The position numbers and the translations under genes were made by a program. A stretch of 64,000 nucleotides of DNA from Phyllobates terribilis (Eukaryota): contig NW_027362771.1 of the NCBI RefSeq assembly GCF_046119375.1, forward strand, positions 529,604,001-529,668,000, given 5' to 3'. Under the pieces are notes generated by a model. That model ran no database searches. It saw nothing but the letters and a program-made list of their open reading frames with translations, and was not told where the DNA came from. Shown here in pieces: positions 1 to 10,361 of the stretch (positions within the stretch are counted from its first letter, which is position 1; every line of letters begins with the position of its first letter).

Positions 1-79
1 GCAGGTGTTTAGCCAAATCCTGAACCGACACCATGATGGAACAAAAAAAAAAAAAAATCTTTCCTTAGAGAATTTGCAG

Positions 80-88
80 GCTGGACTT
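80..88 (-). promoter_or_regulatory. Self-priming-type primer binding site
   Basis: AAGTCCAGC lies 2 nt after the LTR end and is complementary to GCTGGACTT at 424-416, which starts 30 nt from the TATA. Confidence 0.6.
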
Positions 89-90
89 AC

Positions 91-512
91 TGTTATGTTC
101 TGCTACCAAAGCTAAGGAAAGAGAGGAGATCTGTCCCTACTATAGGACTCAGCTGAATCCCTACGATGTAACAGGGAACCTGATCCTGCGATCAGACCTG
201 CTAAAGTCCTAATCTAGTCTGTACGGAGACCTATAGATGTGGGGAGGGAATCCCTACAAGTACTAAGGACTGGGAGGAATATGGGACACCTCCTAACAGA
301 AATAGTAGCAGACAGACGAACAAACAAAATAGATAGAACATAGAGGTCCGTAGACCAAGCAAACTAACAGAGCTAGATACAGAGCACAGGCTAGCTAGAA
401 AGTAGATATACAATGAAGTCCAGCAAAGCCAGAAGGGCGGAGCAGGATTAAATAGGCCAACAAGGTCATGTGACCAGCAAAGGAAAAAAAACCTAACAGC
501 AAGGTTCTAACA
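91..512 (-). mobile_element. 5' LTR of a minus-strand chromovirus-type Gypsy element (body runs off the left edge), abutting the RT of a plus-strand Gypsy
   Basis: TGTTA...TAACA termini at 91 and 512; TATTTAA on the minus strand at 454-448; RT coding sequence starts right after 512. Confidence 0.7.
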
Positions 513-1549
513 CCTTCCAGCGGTTGATGGAATGCTGTGTGGGACACCGGAATTTCGAGACGGTCCTGTTATACCTGGACGATATCATTGTTTATTCCAA
601 AACCTACGAGGACCATCTGAAACACCTGGCAGAAGTGTTTGACGCCCTGGCAAGCTACGGCCTAAAGGTGAAACCCTCCAAGTGTCACCTGCTGAAACCA
701 AAGGTGCAGTACCTGGGACACGTGGTGAGTGCTGACGGAGTGGCTCCCGACCCCGATAAGATCACCGTGATTAAAGACTGGCCAAGACCCTCCAGCATAA
801 AGGAAGTGCGGCAGTTTCTCGGGTTGGTAGGCTACTACTGAAGATTCATTCCCGGTTTCACCAAAATGGCATCTCCTATGCAGGACCTCCTGATAGGTCA
901 ATCCAGGAAGGCCAAAAACCAGAAGCCGCCCTTCAGGTGGGAAAAGCTGGAAGAGGAGTCCTTCCGCCAGCTGAAGATGGCCCTCACGGGGGATGAAATC
1001 CTGGCGTACCCTGACTACAGCCAGCCCTTTATCCTCCACACGGACGCGAGCAACATCGGGCTAGGAGCCGTACTGTCCCAGATCCAGCAGGAGAAAGAAC
1101 GGGTAATCGCTTACGCCAGCCGAAAACTACGGCCCACGGAGAGGAACCCTGAGAATTATAGCTCATTCAAGCTAGAGTTCCTGGCAGTGGTGTGGGCAGT
1201 GACCGAACGTTTCAAGCATTACCTTGCCTCTTCCAAGTACACGGACAACAACCCATTGACACACCTGGACACTGCAAGGCTTGGTGCCCTGGAGCAGAGA
1301 TGGATGGCCCGCCTGTCCAACTATGAATTCACCATCAAATACCGGGCGGGACGCTCAAATGCCAACGCGGATGCCCTGTCCAGAATCCCAAACTTACCGG
1401 ACGTAGGGGAAGATCCAGAAGAACTGGAAGAAGTCGAGCTCCCTGCGTTCCACCGTCATGGAATTACCCTGTATTCCCACCGTGTAAGGGACAGGCGCTC
1501 TGCTACGTTCAATCCCTTACCACAGCTGGGCCGAGACACAAGACAGTGA
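513..1549 (+). pseudogene. pol: Gypsy reverse transcriptase/RNase H, disrupted
   Basis: YLDDIIVYS, LHTDASNIGLGAVL, YTDNNPL, NADALSR motifs; in-frame TGA at 839-841 (likely CGA decay); frameshift near 1520-1560. Confidence 0.9.
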
Positions 1550-1565
1550 TCCCGCAGTCCGTCTG

Positions 1566-3194
1566 GTGAAGGAAATGCTGACACAGGCTGATGCCCATCT
1601 TGACCCAGACGCTCCGGAAGAGACCAAGCAACTGTGGAAGGAGAAAAGTAAACTGTTTCTTTACAAGGAGAAGCTGTGCCGGAGAATGGTCAACTCTAGA
1701 ACACATGAGCTGACCTGGCAGGTAGTGGTCCCAAGACGAGATGCGGCTATGGTTCTGGAGGCATACCACGACGGAGCAGGACACTTTGGTTGGAAGAAGC
1801 TGGAATTCCTGTTGTATGGACGGTTCTACTGGGTAGGCATGAGAGGAGCCATCGAGAGGTGGTGTAGAGACTGTGGCCCGTGCAACCTAAGAAGGAAGGA
1901 CCGCGCCAGCCAGAAGACTCCCCTGCAGCCCATCATCACCAGACAGCCACTGGAACTGGTAGCCCTGGACCATGTGAAACTGGTTCCAAGCAAATCTGGG
2001 TACGTCTACGCCCTCACCATCGTAGATCACTACTCCCGGTTCCTGGTGGTGGTCCCTGTCAAGGACTTAACGGCTCAAACAGCAGCTAGAGCCTTTCAGC
2101 AGCACTTCTGCCATCCACACGGGTATCCGGAGCAGGTGTTGACGGACCAAGGACCAGCCTTCGAAGCGGAAGTCTTCCAAGAGTTCTGCAATCTGTATGG
2201 CTGCAGGAAGATAAGAACAACGCCCTATCACCCTCAGACCAACGGACTATGTGAGAAAATGAACCAGGTGGTGATAGACTTGCTAAAAACGTTGCCCCTG
2301 GAAGAACGCAGTCTCTGGCCTGAAAAACTGCCTGATCTGGTGGACTTATATAATCACATCCCTGTAGGTTCCACCAACTGTACCCCGGCTTACCTAATGA
2401 GAGCAAGACCTGGTAAGCTGCCTATTGACCTGGATATGGGAGTCCTGACACCTGAGGACACCTCGCCAGAGGCAGACTGGGATACAGAACGGCAGCAGCA
2501 GTATCGGAAAGTACAGGAGAGCATCGAGCAAAGTCTGTCTCAAGCAACAGGAAGGCAAGAGAAGACTTATAACCAGCATGCTCCCGCTGTTCCCCTGGTA
2601 CCTGGAGAGCAGGTCTTTAAGAGAAAGAGGCGGCTCCACAAGTTGGACGACCAGTGGGAGAAGGACCCGTACACAGTACTGCCCTCAAGCCATGATAATC
2701 CAAAAGTCTGCATAATCAGTAAGGATGGAGGAGAGACCACAGCCATTGTTTCCAGAGACCACCTGAAAAAGTGTCCCGAGCAGCTGCAAAGCCCTGATGA
2801 AGATCAAGAGAACTCTCAACCCGCAGAGGAAAGGGAAGAAATGATCAGTACCGTACTCGGAGACTTTCCCCGGTCCTGGACTCAAATCAACAACGCAATC
2901 GTGGTACCCGTCCTCACCTTTCTCCAGCCAGCCCCTCAAGGGCCTACAGAAGAACAGGTAGTGTCGGAAGAGCAGCCGGCCCAGGAGGCAGAAGAATCCA
3001 TACCAGCAGCCCAGGTGAATCAACCCTCTGCTAGTAGCGAGCCTGCCATGCCCCTAGTAAGCCAAAGAGTACGCAGAAAGCTGCCAGACCTACCCGCAAC
3101 ACCTCCTACACCCTGTAGTGCAGAACCAGATAGTGGGTTACGTAGGTCCACCAGGAGCACTAGAGGACAGATGCCCGCTCGCTGGAGAATCTAA
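1566..3194 (+). CDS. pol: Gypsy integrase, open 542-aa segment with low-complexity tail
   Basis: HHCC (HDGAGH...CRDCGPC); DDE in ALDHV, LTDQG, GLCEKMN; TTPYHPQTNG. Confidence 0.9.
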   Translation: MKEMLTQADAHLDPDAPEETKQLWKEKSKLFLYKEKLCRRMVNSRTHELTWQVVVPRRDAAMVLEAYHDGAGHFGWKKLEFLLYGRFYWVGMRGAIERWCRDCGPCNLRRKDRASQKTPLQPIITRQPLELVALDHVKLVPSKSGYVYALTIVDHYSRFLVVVPVKDLTAQTAARAFQQHFCHPHGYPEQVLTDQGPAFEAEVFQEFCNLYGCRKIRTTPYHPQTNGLCEKMNQVVIDLLKTLPLEERSLWPEKLPDLVDLYNHIPVGSTNCTPAYLMRARPGKLPIDLDMGVLTPEDTSPEADWDTERQQQYRKVQESIEQSLSQATGRQEKTYNQHAPAVPLVPGEQVFKRKRRLHKLDDQWEKDPYTVLPSSHDNPKVCIISKDGGETTAIVSRDHLKKCPEQLQSPDEDQENSQPAEEREEMISTVLGDFPRSWTQINNAIVVPVLTFLQPAPQGPTEEQVVSEEQPAQEAEESIPAAQVNQPSASSEPAMPLVSQRVRRKLPDLPATPPTPCSAEPDSGLRRSTRSTRGQMPARWRI

Positions 3195-3667
3195 ACTATA
3201 ATGTAAATTTACCTGTAAACTGTAAATGTTGAAAATGGTTTATGTTTTGTTGCCTGTGTATTAATTATGTTTCTCTAGTTACCCTGCAGGTTTATTTGGA
3301 CTGACAGGTTATGGACACTGAGTAACCGGAACTACATTGTAGATAGTTGCACCTTGGTGCCTCTTGCGAAGATGGCCGCGGAAGAGAAAAACCTGTCTGG
3401 CATGGCCTCCTGGTGGCCCAAAGTAGCTAGCCTCAGCTTTGCAGCCACGCCCAGGGCCAACATTTGGGGTTTGCTTTGAACAGGTCCCCTACTCTGTTCC
3501 AAGACTTCACCTTGTTGGGTGACATGGACACCCGGTTACGGACACGCCGTGACCTCTAAAGACTAAAGCTTCTTGTACATATGTTGTTGTATTATTGTTA
3601 TACCCTGTATTTGTGTTTTCTTAAAAATGTGTTTAGTCCCGGAGTACTAAAATTTACTAGGGGAGAA

Positions 3668-4101
3668 TGTGGCACCCCAGGGGTCTGGTTACCACAGTAA
3701 TAGAAATATTACGTCTGAGAGCAAGTGGGAGGTTTCCTGGTCAGGAGCCCTTAAGCATGCAACACCTCCTGCCCAGACCTGGGAGGGGAGGAATCTGCCC
3801 TATATAAACTGGGTCTGGGGTGGGTTTAGTCAGTCAGAGCCTGGAGTGAAGTTCCAGACACAGGGAGAGTTACAGCAGGAGCTCTGTAGGAGCAGGAGCT
3901 GAGTGCCAGGGACTGGAAGCAGATATATTGCTCGTCCTGGCTGAAGAGACGCGTGTACACTCGGCCCAGGGGGTGCGTCAGTACAACATTACATATTCTC
4001 ACCCTTCCGCTGGCCCGCCTGGGATAGAACAGCTGTGACTTTGGGGACTTCCGGGGCCAACTACCTCAACCCGTGGCCACCCGCTTCTGGTGGGCCCCCA
4101 C
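3668..4101 (+). repeat. 3' LTR of the 513-4101 element (end uncertain, 3980 or 4101)
   Basis: Follows the PPT; TGTGG...CCACA at 3668/4101; GGGGGTGCGTCA ending at 3980 also resembles related LTR ends. Confidence 0.6.
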
Positions 4102-5777
4102 AGAGAGAAGATAGTGGCAAGCTTTGGAAGCTAGCAGTCCATCGAGGTACAAGGCCAGGAGACCCTATCCAAGAGTTTCCATGGGGCAAGATGACCGGCT
4201 GGTCCCAATCTGGCTTCTCTGAATGTCTCCATGGATTCCAGGTGACCGTACGGTCCCACCTGGCAACCCCAAACATATCCATGGGGCCAGGTGACTTCAT
4301 CGTCCCAACGTGGTCTCCCCAAATGTATCCATGAGTTCTTTGCTGGTCACTGGAGCGGATCCGTATCTTTCCAGTCAGGGCCATATACACTTAGGCCGGA
4401 ATCATGTAGAATCCAAATTTGTGTCTCTTTGTATGGAGCCGCCATGCTATCCATCTACTGTCCTGAAGGATGTCTCTCATTCTCCTTGTAAAGTCTTTCT
4501 TGATTCTCTATTTCAAGTCTGAATGCTACAGAAGCATATCTCCTTTGTAAGTACACATCCACAGGTCAAGGGTTAGGAATGATATCATTCCACAGGGCTC
4601 AGGTCTCATTCTTTGCTCATTTAATCAATTTACGTAGTTGGTATAGGAGGGGGCACCTTAAATCAACATCTAGCTGGTTTTTAGTGCAATATGTAATTAG
4701 CATATTATCAAACATCATTTTGCACAGACCCAAGAGGAGACAACAATCAGGGTTATACAAATAACAAGTATGTTCTTCTTGACCAGCCACAGAAATACAC
4801 ATACATTTACAAGTCAACATAAACACAATAGTGTATTTCTCTTGGCTTAACAAATCTAATCTTCTGGCTAATTAAGATTATAAGCTATATCATCACACCC
4901 ACTATGTAGAGGAAGACTACTGTTTGGGCGCACAAAAGGGCTTGCAACTAAAGGAGCGCCATTTGACTTTTTGAATGTAAAATTTGCTGGAATAATTAGC
5001 GGACGCCATGTTGTGTTTGGAGAGCCCCTGACTGCCTAAACAGTGGAAACCCCCCATAAGTGACACCATTTTGGAAACTAGACCCCTCAGTGAACTTATC
5101 TAGATGTGTGGTGAGCACTTTGAACCCCCAGGTGCTTCACAGAAGTTTATAACATTGAGCCATGAAAATAGAAAAAAAAACAAATTTTTCCCGCAAGAAT
5201 GTTTTGGAGCACAAAATTTTGCATTTTCTCAAGGGTAACAGGAGAAAATGGACCCCAAAATTTTTTGTGCAATTTTCTCTATGCAGATACCTCATGTGCG
5301 GTCAAAAACTACTTTTGAGGCATAGTGCAAAGCTCAGAAGGGAAGAAGTGCCATATTGCAGTTCAGATTTTGCTGGACTGGTTTGAGGGTGCCATGTCAC
5401 ATTGGCAGAGCCCCTGAGGTGCCAGATCAGCCGAACCCCCCCCCATAAGTGACCCCATTTTTACCACGAAAATTTTGTTTTAGCCCCAGGTTTTACATTT
5501 TCACACTGGGAAAGTAGAAATACCCCATGTGTGGCTGTACAGTACTGCTTAGCCACACGGCGGGAATCGGAAGGGACATAGCACTTTTTGCCTCCTTGAG
5601 TGCAGATTTTCGTAGAATACTTTGCGTACTTCATATACAGAGCTCCTACGTGCTAGAAGAGCAGAATCCCCCTCAAGTGACCCCATTTTGGAAATTATAC
5701 CCCTTTCTGAATTTATCTACAGGTGTAGTGACGATTTTGACTCCATGGGTGTTTTCCAGAAATAAGCAGCAGTGGAT

Positions 5778-6608
5778 CTAGAAGAGAGGTTAACTACCTT
5801 GAAAATCATTAAGGAAGGTGAAGAGTTCTTAGACAGAGCAGAATTATCTCTTCATGATTCAGAAAGAGAAGAAATTCGAACTGCACCTGACGAAACAGAG
5901 GAATGGAAGCATGTGACCCACAGAAGCAGGAGGATCGAGAGGCAGTCAGCACCCATACTGCTCAGGAACCAGTACCAGGCTCTCTCGCAGGAGAACCATG
6001 AAGAAATACAGCAAAATAAGACTTTGCCAGCAATGAATAACCTTGTAAGCCCTCAGAATCCTCCTGGATGGAGAAAGAACAATGTTGTGAAGAAAAAACG
6101 GAGAGTGGTGGTCATGGGGGATTCCCTGTTAAGAGGAACAGAGGCCGCTATCTGCAGACCAGACATAACCTCAAGAGAAATGTGCTGTCTTCCAGGAGCA
6201 AAAATTAAAGATGTGTCTGACAGGATATCAAGACTCTTCAGACCTACAGATCACTACCCATTCCTGCTAATACATGTGGGGACAAATGACACCGCAAGAA
6301 AGGACCTGGAAACCATCTGCAGTGACTTTGAAGACTTAGGCAAGAAAGTGAAAGAATTGGGAGCGCAGGTGGTCTTCTCATCCATCCTCCCAGTGGATGG
6401 CCATGGAACAATGATGTGGAATAAGATTCTACAGGTGAACAACTGGCTACGTCGATGGTGCCGTCAACAAGGATTTGGATTTCTGGATCACGGAATGAAT
6501 TACCTATACGATGGACTACTTGCTAGAGATGGGGTGCACCTTACGAAGACTGGAAAACATGTATTTGGAAGTCGCCTTGCTACACTCATCAGAAGAGCTT
6601 TAAACTAG
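5778..6608 (+). CDS. CR1 ORF1 C-terminal part with SGNH/GDSL esterase domain
   Basis: VVMGDSLLRG, HVGTND and DGVH blocks; the called GTG start lies in the flank, so the N-terminus is missing. Confidence 0.9.
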   Translation, partial: LEERLTTLKIIKEGEEFLDRAELSLHDSEREEIRTAPDETEEWKHVTHRSRRIERQSAPILLRNQYQALSQENHEEIQQNKTLPAMNNLVSPQNPPGWRKNNVVKKKRRVVVMGDSLLRGTEAAICRPDITSREMCCLPGAKIKDVSDRISRLFRPTDHYPFLLIHVGTNDTARKDLETICSDFEDLGKKVKELGAQVVFSSILPVDGHGTMMWNKILQVNNWLRRWCRQQGFGFLDHGMNYLYDGLLARDGVHLTKTGKHVFGSRLATLIRRALN

Positions 6609-6730
6609 AACAATGTGGGAAGGGAAGCAAAAGGCCAGAAAAAGCCATACAGCTGACAAATACTATTGAGATCTCTGCTACTGGAAGTGGAAAAGAAGAA
6701 CAAAGACAAAACAATTTAAATAATAAAAAT

Positions 6731-9517
6731 ATGGGAGGAAGAGAAACCAATCACAAACTAAAATGTTTTTATACAAATGCACAAAGCATGGGCAACAAAC
6801 AAGGAGAATTGGAACTACTGCAGGAAAAGGAATATGATGTCATTGGAATCACTGAAACTTGGTGGGACGATACACATGATTGGAATACAAGGCTAAAAGG
6901 ATACAACTTATTTGCAAGAAACAGACTTGATAAACGAGGAGGAGGTGTTGCATTGTATGTTAGAAAAGCGTATATCTGCACAGAGATTGAAGCTTCAGAG
7001 ACTGGGAGTTCTGTGGAAACTGTTTGGGTAAGAATACAAGGAGAGAACAACGGAAAGGACACCATTGTAGGCATTTACTACAGGCCACCTGGGCAAGCTG
7101 AAGATATGGATGAACTCTTTATGTATCAAATGACCAAGTTCTCCAAAAAATATGACGTAGTGGTCATGGGAGATTTAAACTATCCAGACATTTGTTGGGA
7201 ATCTCTCTCAAGTAAAGCTAACAGGTCAAGCAAATTCTTATCCTCTCTTGCTGACAACTTTATCTTCCAAAAGGTAGGGGAGAAAACAAGGGGATCTGCT
7301 ACTTTGGATCTAATCCTTATAAACAGGGAGGAAATGGTTGAGGAGGTAAAGGTGGCTGGGACCCTAGGAGGCAGCGATCATGCTATTATAGAATTTTGGA
7401 TAACTAGAGGAGGAAGACATGTGAAGACTCAAACTTCAAGGTTAGATTTTAGAAAGGCAGATTTTAAGAGACTCAGAAAGAGAATAGGAGGGATCCAATG
7501 GCTGGATGTCCTTAAGGACAAAAATGTCCAGGAAGGATGGGAAATTTTTAAAAATGAGATTCTCAAAGCACAATCGTTAACAATCCCGAAAAGTAGGAAG
7601 AATGGGAAGCATTTAAGGAAACCAGGATGGATGAACACAGAACTTAAACACATGCTAAAAAGAAAGAAAGAAATGTTTATTAAATGGAAAGAGGGAGGCA
7701 TATCTAAAGAAGATTATAATGCAGTCTGCAGATCCTGCAGGGCACGTATCAGGTTAGCTAAAGCTGACAATGAATTAAGGCTTGCAAGAGATGTCAAAAG
7801 CAATAAAAAAGGATTTTGGGGGTATGTCAAAAGTAAAAGAAAAGTCAAAGATGCTATAGGATTTTTACAGGATGAAAATGGAGAAATGGTAAGAGAGGAT
7901 GTTGAGAAGGCCGAACTTTTTAATTCCTATTTTGCATCTGTTTTCTCTCAGAAAGAAAATGTAACATCAACTGATCTTCACTGTCCTTTTAAAGGAATAG
8001 AGGAATCCAAGTTATCTGTAAACAGAAAGATTGTGAGGGAATATTTAGCTAACATGAATGAGTTCAAGTCTCCAGGTCCAGATGAATTACACCCCAGAGT
8101 ACTGAAGGAGATCGTAGAAGAAATTTTAGAACCACTCTCCATAATCTTTGAAAATTCTTGGAGAACAGGAGAAGTCCCAGAAGACTGGAGAAGAGCAAAT
8201 GTTGTTCCTATCTTCAAAAAGGGGAAGAAGGTGGACCCAGGGAACTATAGGCCGGTGAGTCTGACTTCTATACCAGGAAAGATCTTTGAACAAATTATTA
8301 AACAACATGTATGTAAGTACATGGATAAGAATGAAGTGATTAACCAGAGTCAGCATGGGTTTGTAACTAACAAGTCATGTCAGACTAACTTAATTTCCTT
8401 CTATGACAGAATCACTGACTGGGTGGATCAGGGAAATGCTGTAGATATAGTATATCTTGACTTCAGCAAAGCATTTGACAAAGTATCTCACACCATCCTT
8501 ATTGAAAAAATGACCAAGTATGCAATGGACCAGGCAACTGTTAGGTGGATTCATAACTGGCTTAGTGATCGGACTCAAAGGGTGGTTGCAAATGGCTTCA
8601 CATCCAGCTGGATGAATGTCTCAAGTGGGGTACCACAGGGCTCCGTCCTGGGACCTGTATTGTTCAACATCTTTATCAATGATTTAGATGAAGGAATTGA
8701 GGGTAAACTGATTAAATTTGCTGATGACACAAAGCTAGGAGGGATAGCTAATACTAGAGAAGAGAGAGAGAGGATTCAAAAAGACCTAAATAAACTGGAG
8801 CAGTGGGCAGCAACCAACAGAATGGTTTTTAACAGGGAAAAATGCAAAGTACTACATCTGGGCAATAAAAATGAAAAAAGCATATACAGAATGGGAGGAA
8901 TAGAGCTAAGCAACAGTACATGTGAAAAAGACTTAGGTATACTAATAGATCATAGACTGAACATGAGTCAACAGTGTGATGCAGCAGCAAAAAAGGCAAA
9001 TACAATTCTGGGATGTATTAACAGAAGCATACAGTCTAGATCACGTGAAGTCATTATCGGTCTTTACTCCTCTTTGGTCAGACCTCATCTGGAATACTGT
9101 GTACAGTTTTGGGCACCACATTTTAAAAAAGACATAGACAAACTGGAGCAAGTTCAGAGAAGAGCGACCAGAATGGTGACTGGTCTGCAAACCATGTCCT
9201 ATGAGGAACGGTTGCAGGATTTGGGAATGTTTAGCTTGCAAAAAAGAAGACTGAGAGGAGACTTAATAGCTGTCTACAAATATGTCAAGGGCTGTCACAT
9301 TGTAGAAGGATCATCTTTATTCTCATTTGCACAAGGAAAGACTAGAAGCAATGGGATGAAACTAAATGGGAGGAGACACAGATTAGATATTAGAAAAAAC
9401 TTTTTGACAGTTAGGGTGATCAATGAGTGGAACAGGCTGCCACGAGAGGTGGTGAATTCCCCTTCAATGGACGTCTTCAAACAGAGGCTGGACAGACATC
9501 TGTCTGAGATGATTTAG
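6731..9517 (+). CDS. CR1 ORF2, APE endonuclease plus reverse transcriptase, uninterrupted 928 aa
   Basis: ITETWW, MGDLNY, GSDH; YLDFSKAFD, GVPQGSVLGP, KFADD; HLEYCVQFWAP. Confidence 0.95.
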   Translation: MGGRETNHKLKCFYTNAQSMGNKQGELELLQEKEYDVIGITETWWDDTHDWNTRLKGYNLFARNRLDKRGGGVALYVRKAYICTEIEASETGSSVETVWVRIQGENNGKDTIVGIYYRPPGQAEDMDELFMYQMTKFSKKYDVVVMGDLNYPDICWESLSSKANRSSKFLSSLADNFIFQKVGEKTRGSATLDLILINREEMVEEVKVAGTLGGSDHAIIEFWITRGGRHVKTQTSRLDFRKADFKRLRKRIGGIQWLDVLKDKNVQEGWEIFKNEILKAQSLTIPKSRKNGKHLRKPGWMNTELKHMLKRKKEMFIKWKEGGISKEDYNAVCRSCRARIRLAKADNELRLARDVKSNKKGFWGYVKSKRKVKDAIGFLQDENGEMVREDVEKAELFNSYFASVFSQKENVTSTDLHCPFKGIEESKLSVNRKIVREYLANMNEFKSPGPDELHPRVLKEIVEEILEPLSIIFENSWRTGEVPEDWRRANVVPIFKKGKKVDPGNYRPVSLTSIPGKIFEQIIKQHVCKYMDKNEVINQSQHGFVTNKSCQTNLISFYDRITDWVDQGNAVDIVYLDFSKAFDKVSHTILIEKMTKYAMDQATVRWIHNWLSDRTQRVVANGFTSSWMNVSSGVPQGSVLGPVLFNIFINDLDEGIEGKLIKFADDTKLGGIANTREERERIQKDLNKLEQWAATNRMVFNREKCKVLHLGNKNEKSIYRMGGIELSNSTCEKDLGILIDHRLNMSQQCDAAAKKANTILGCINRSIQSRSREVIIGLYSSLVRPHLEYCVQFWAPHFKKDIDKLEQVQRRATRMVTGLQTMSYEERLQDLGMFSLQKRRLRGDLIAVYKYVKGCHIVEGSSLFSFAQGKTRSNGMKLNGRRHRLDIRKNFLTVRVINEWNRLPREVVNSPSMDVFKQRLDRHLSEMI

Positions 9518-9990
9518 TGAATCCTGCTTTGAGCAGGGGGTTGGACCAGATGACCCAGGAGGTCCCTTCCAACTCTACCATTCTATGATTCTATGATTCT
9601 ATGATTCTATGGATGCTGCTAAGTGAAGATTGCAAACTGCCGCTGTAGTGATCAGTACGTTGTAGTGACCAGTACGTTATGCCCAGCTCGTTCCTCTGGA
9701 GACATGAATCTGTAAATTAGGCGCGCTGTCATCGCTACAGGAATGCCAAACATGTGGACACTAACTGCAGTTTAGACACACACTGGAGCTCAGAAGGGAG
9801 TGCAGAATTCACTGGATTTCTTTTGGAGGGCGAGGAGCCATTTAATTTTTCCAGAGCCTTTGTGCTACCAGTAACGTGGAAGCCTCCTATATTTTCCTTA
9901 ACAGATGACGGACCTGAGTGGGGACTTGCTTTTTTGTGAATGGAGTTGAAGCTTTTATTGGGAACATTTTGCATAACATTTTGGATCACT

Positions 9991-10361
9991 TTTATCCTGC
10001 GCTTTACGCTGAGCACTTATATCGGGGTTTCCATCTAAATCTCCGAGTGATGTGATTCAGATGAAATTCCCAAGGGATCCACTCACTATAATGAGGCAGC
10101 AGAGTTACACTGGACTCCATCTGGCCTCTGTTCAGCAGTGTCGTTTTCAGAAGTGCACAAAACTGTGGCTGACGGCACTTTTATGCACGCCTAATAAAAA
10201 GACGGACACCTCGGGATCATAAGCCAGACGGGGTCCACAGTGTCTCCATCGGTCTGTCTCACTATAGGGAATCTTCTGCCGGGGGTTCCATTTGAATCAC
10301 GTATTTCACAGATTTACACGAAAACCTCGATGTAAGCACTCAGTGCAGATCGCAGGATAAA
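9991..10361. mobile_element. Foldback MITE-like element
   Basis: TTTATCCTGCG at 9991 and CGCAGGATAAA ending 10361; imperfect inverted arms cover most of the element. Confidence 0.65.

Larger units (their letters stand above)
513..4101 (+). mobile_element. 5'-truncated Ty3/Gypsy retrotransposon (RT-RNase H-integrase, PPT, 3' LTR)
   Basis: pol domains in Gypsy order, purine tract 3659-3667, LTR starting TGTGGCACCCC at 3668. Confidence 0.9.
5778..9611 (+). mobile_element. CR1 LINE, 5'-truncated within ORF1
   Basis: Esterase ORF1 plus APE-RT ORF2, CR1-type 3' UTR, (ATTCTATG)4 tail at 9580-9611, TGGAT duplicated at 5773-5777 and 9610-9614. Confidence 0.95.

Noticed and set aside
10258-10269. CTCACTATAGGG resembles the T7 promoter
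   Set aside because: Only 12 nt, lacks TAATACGA, and is one arm of the foldback repeat
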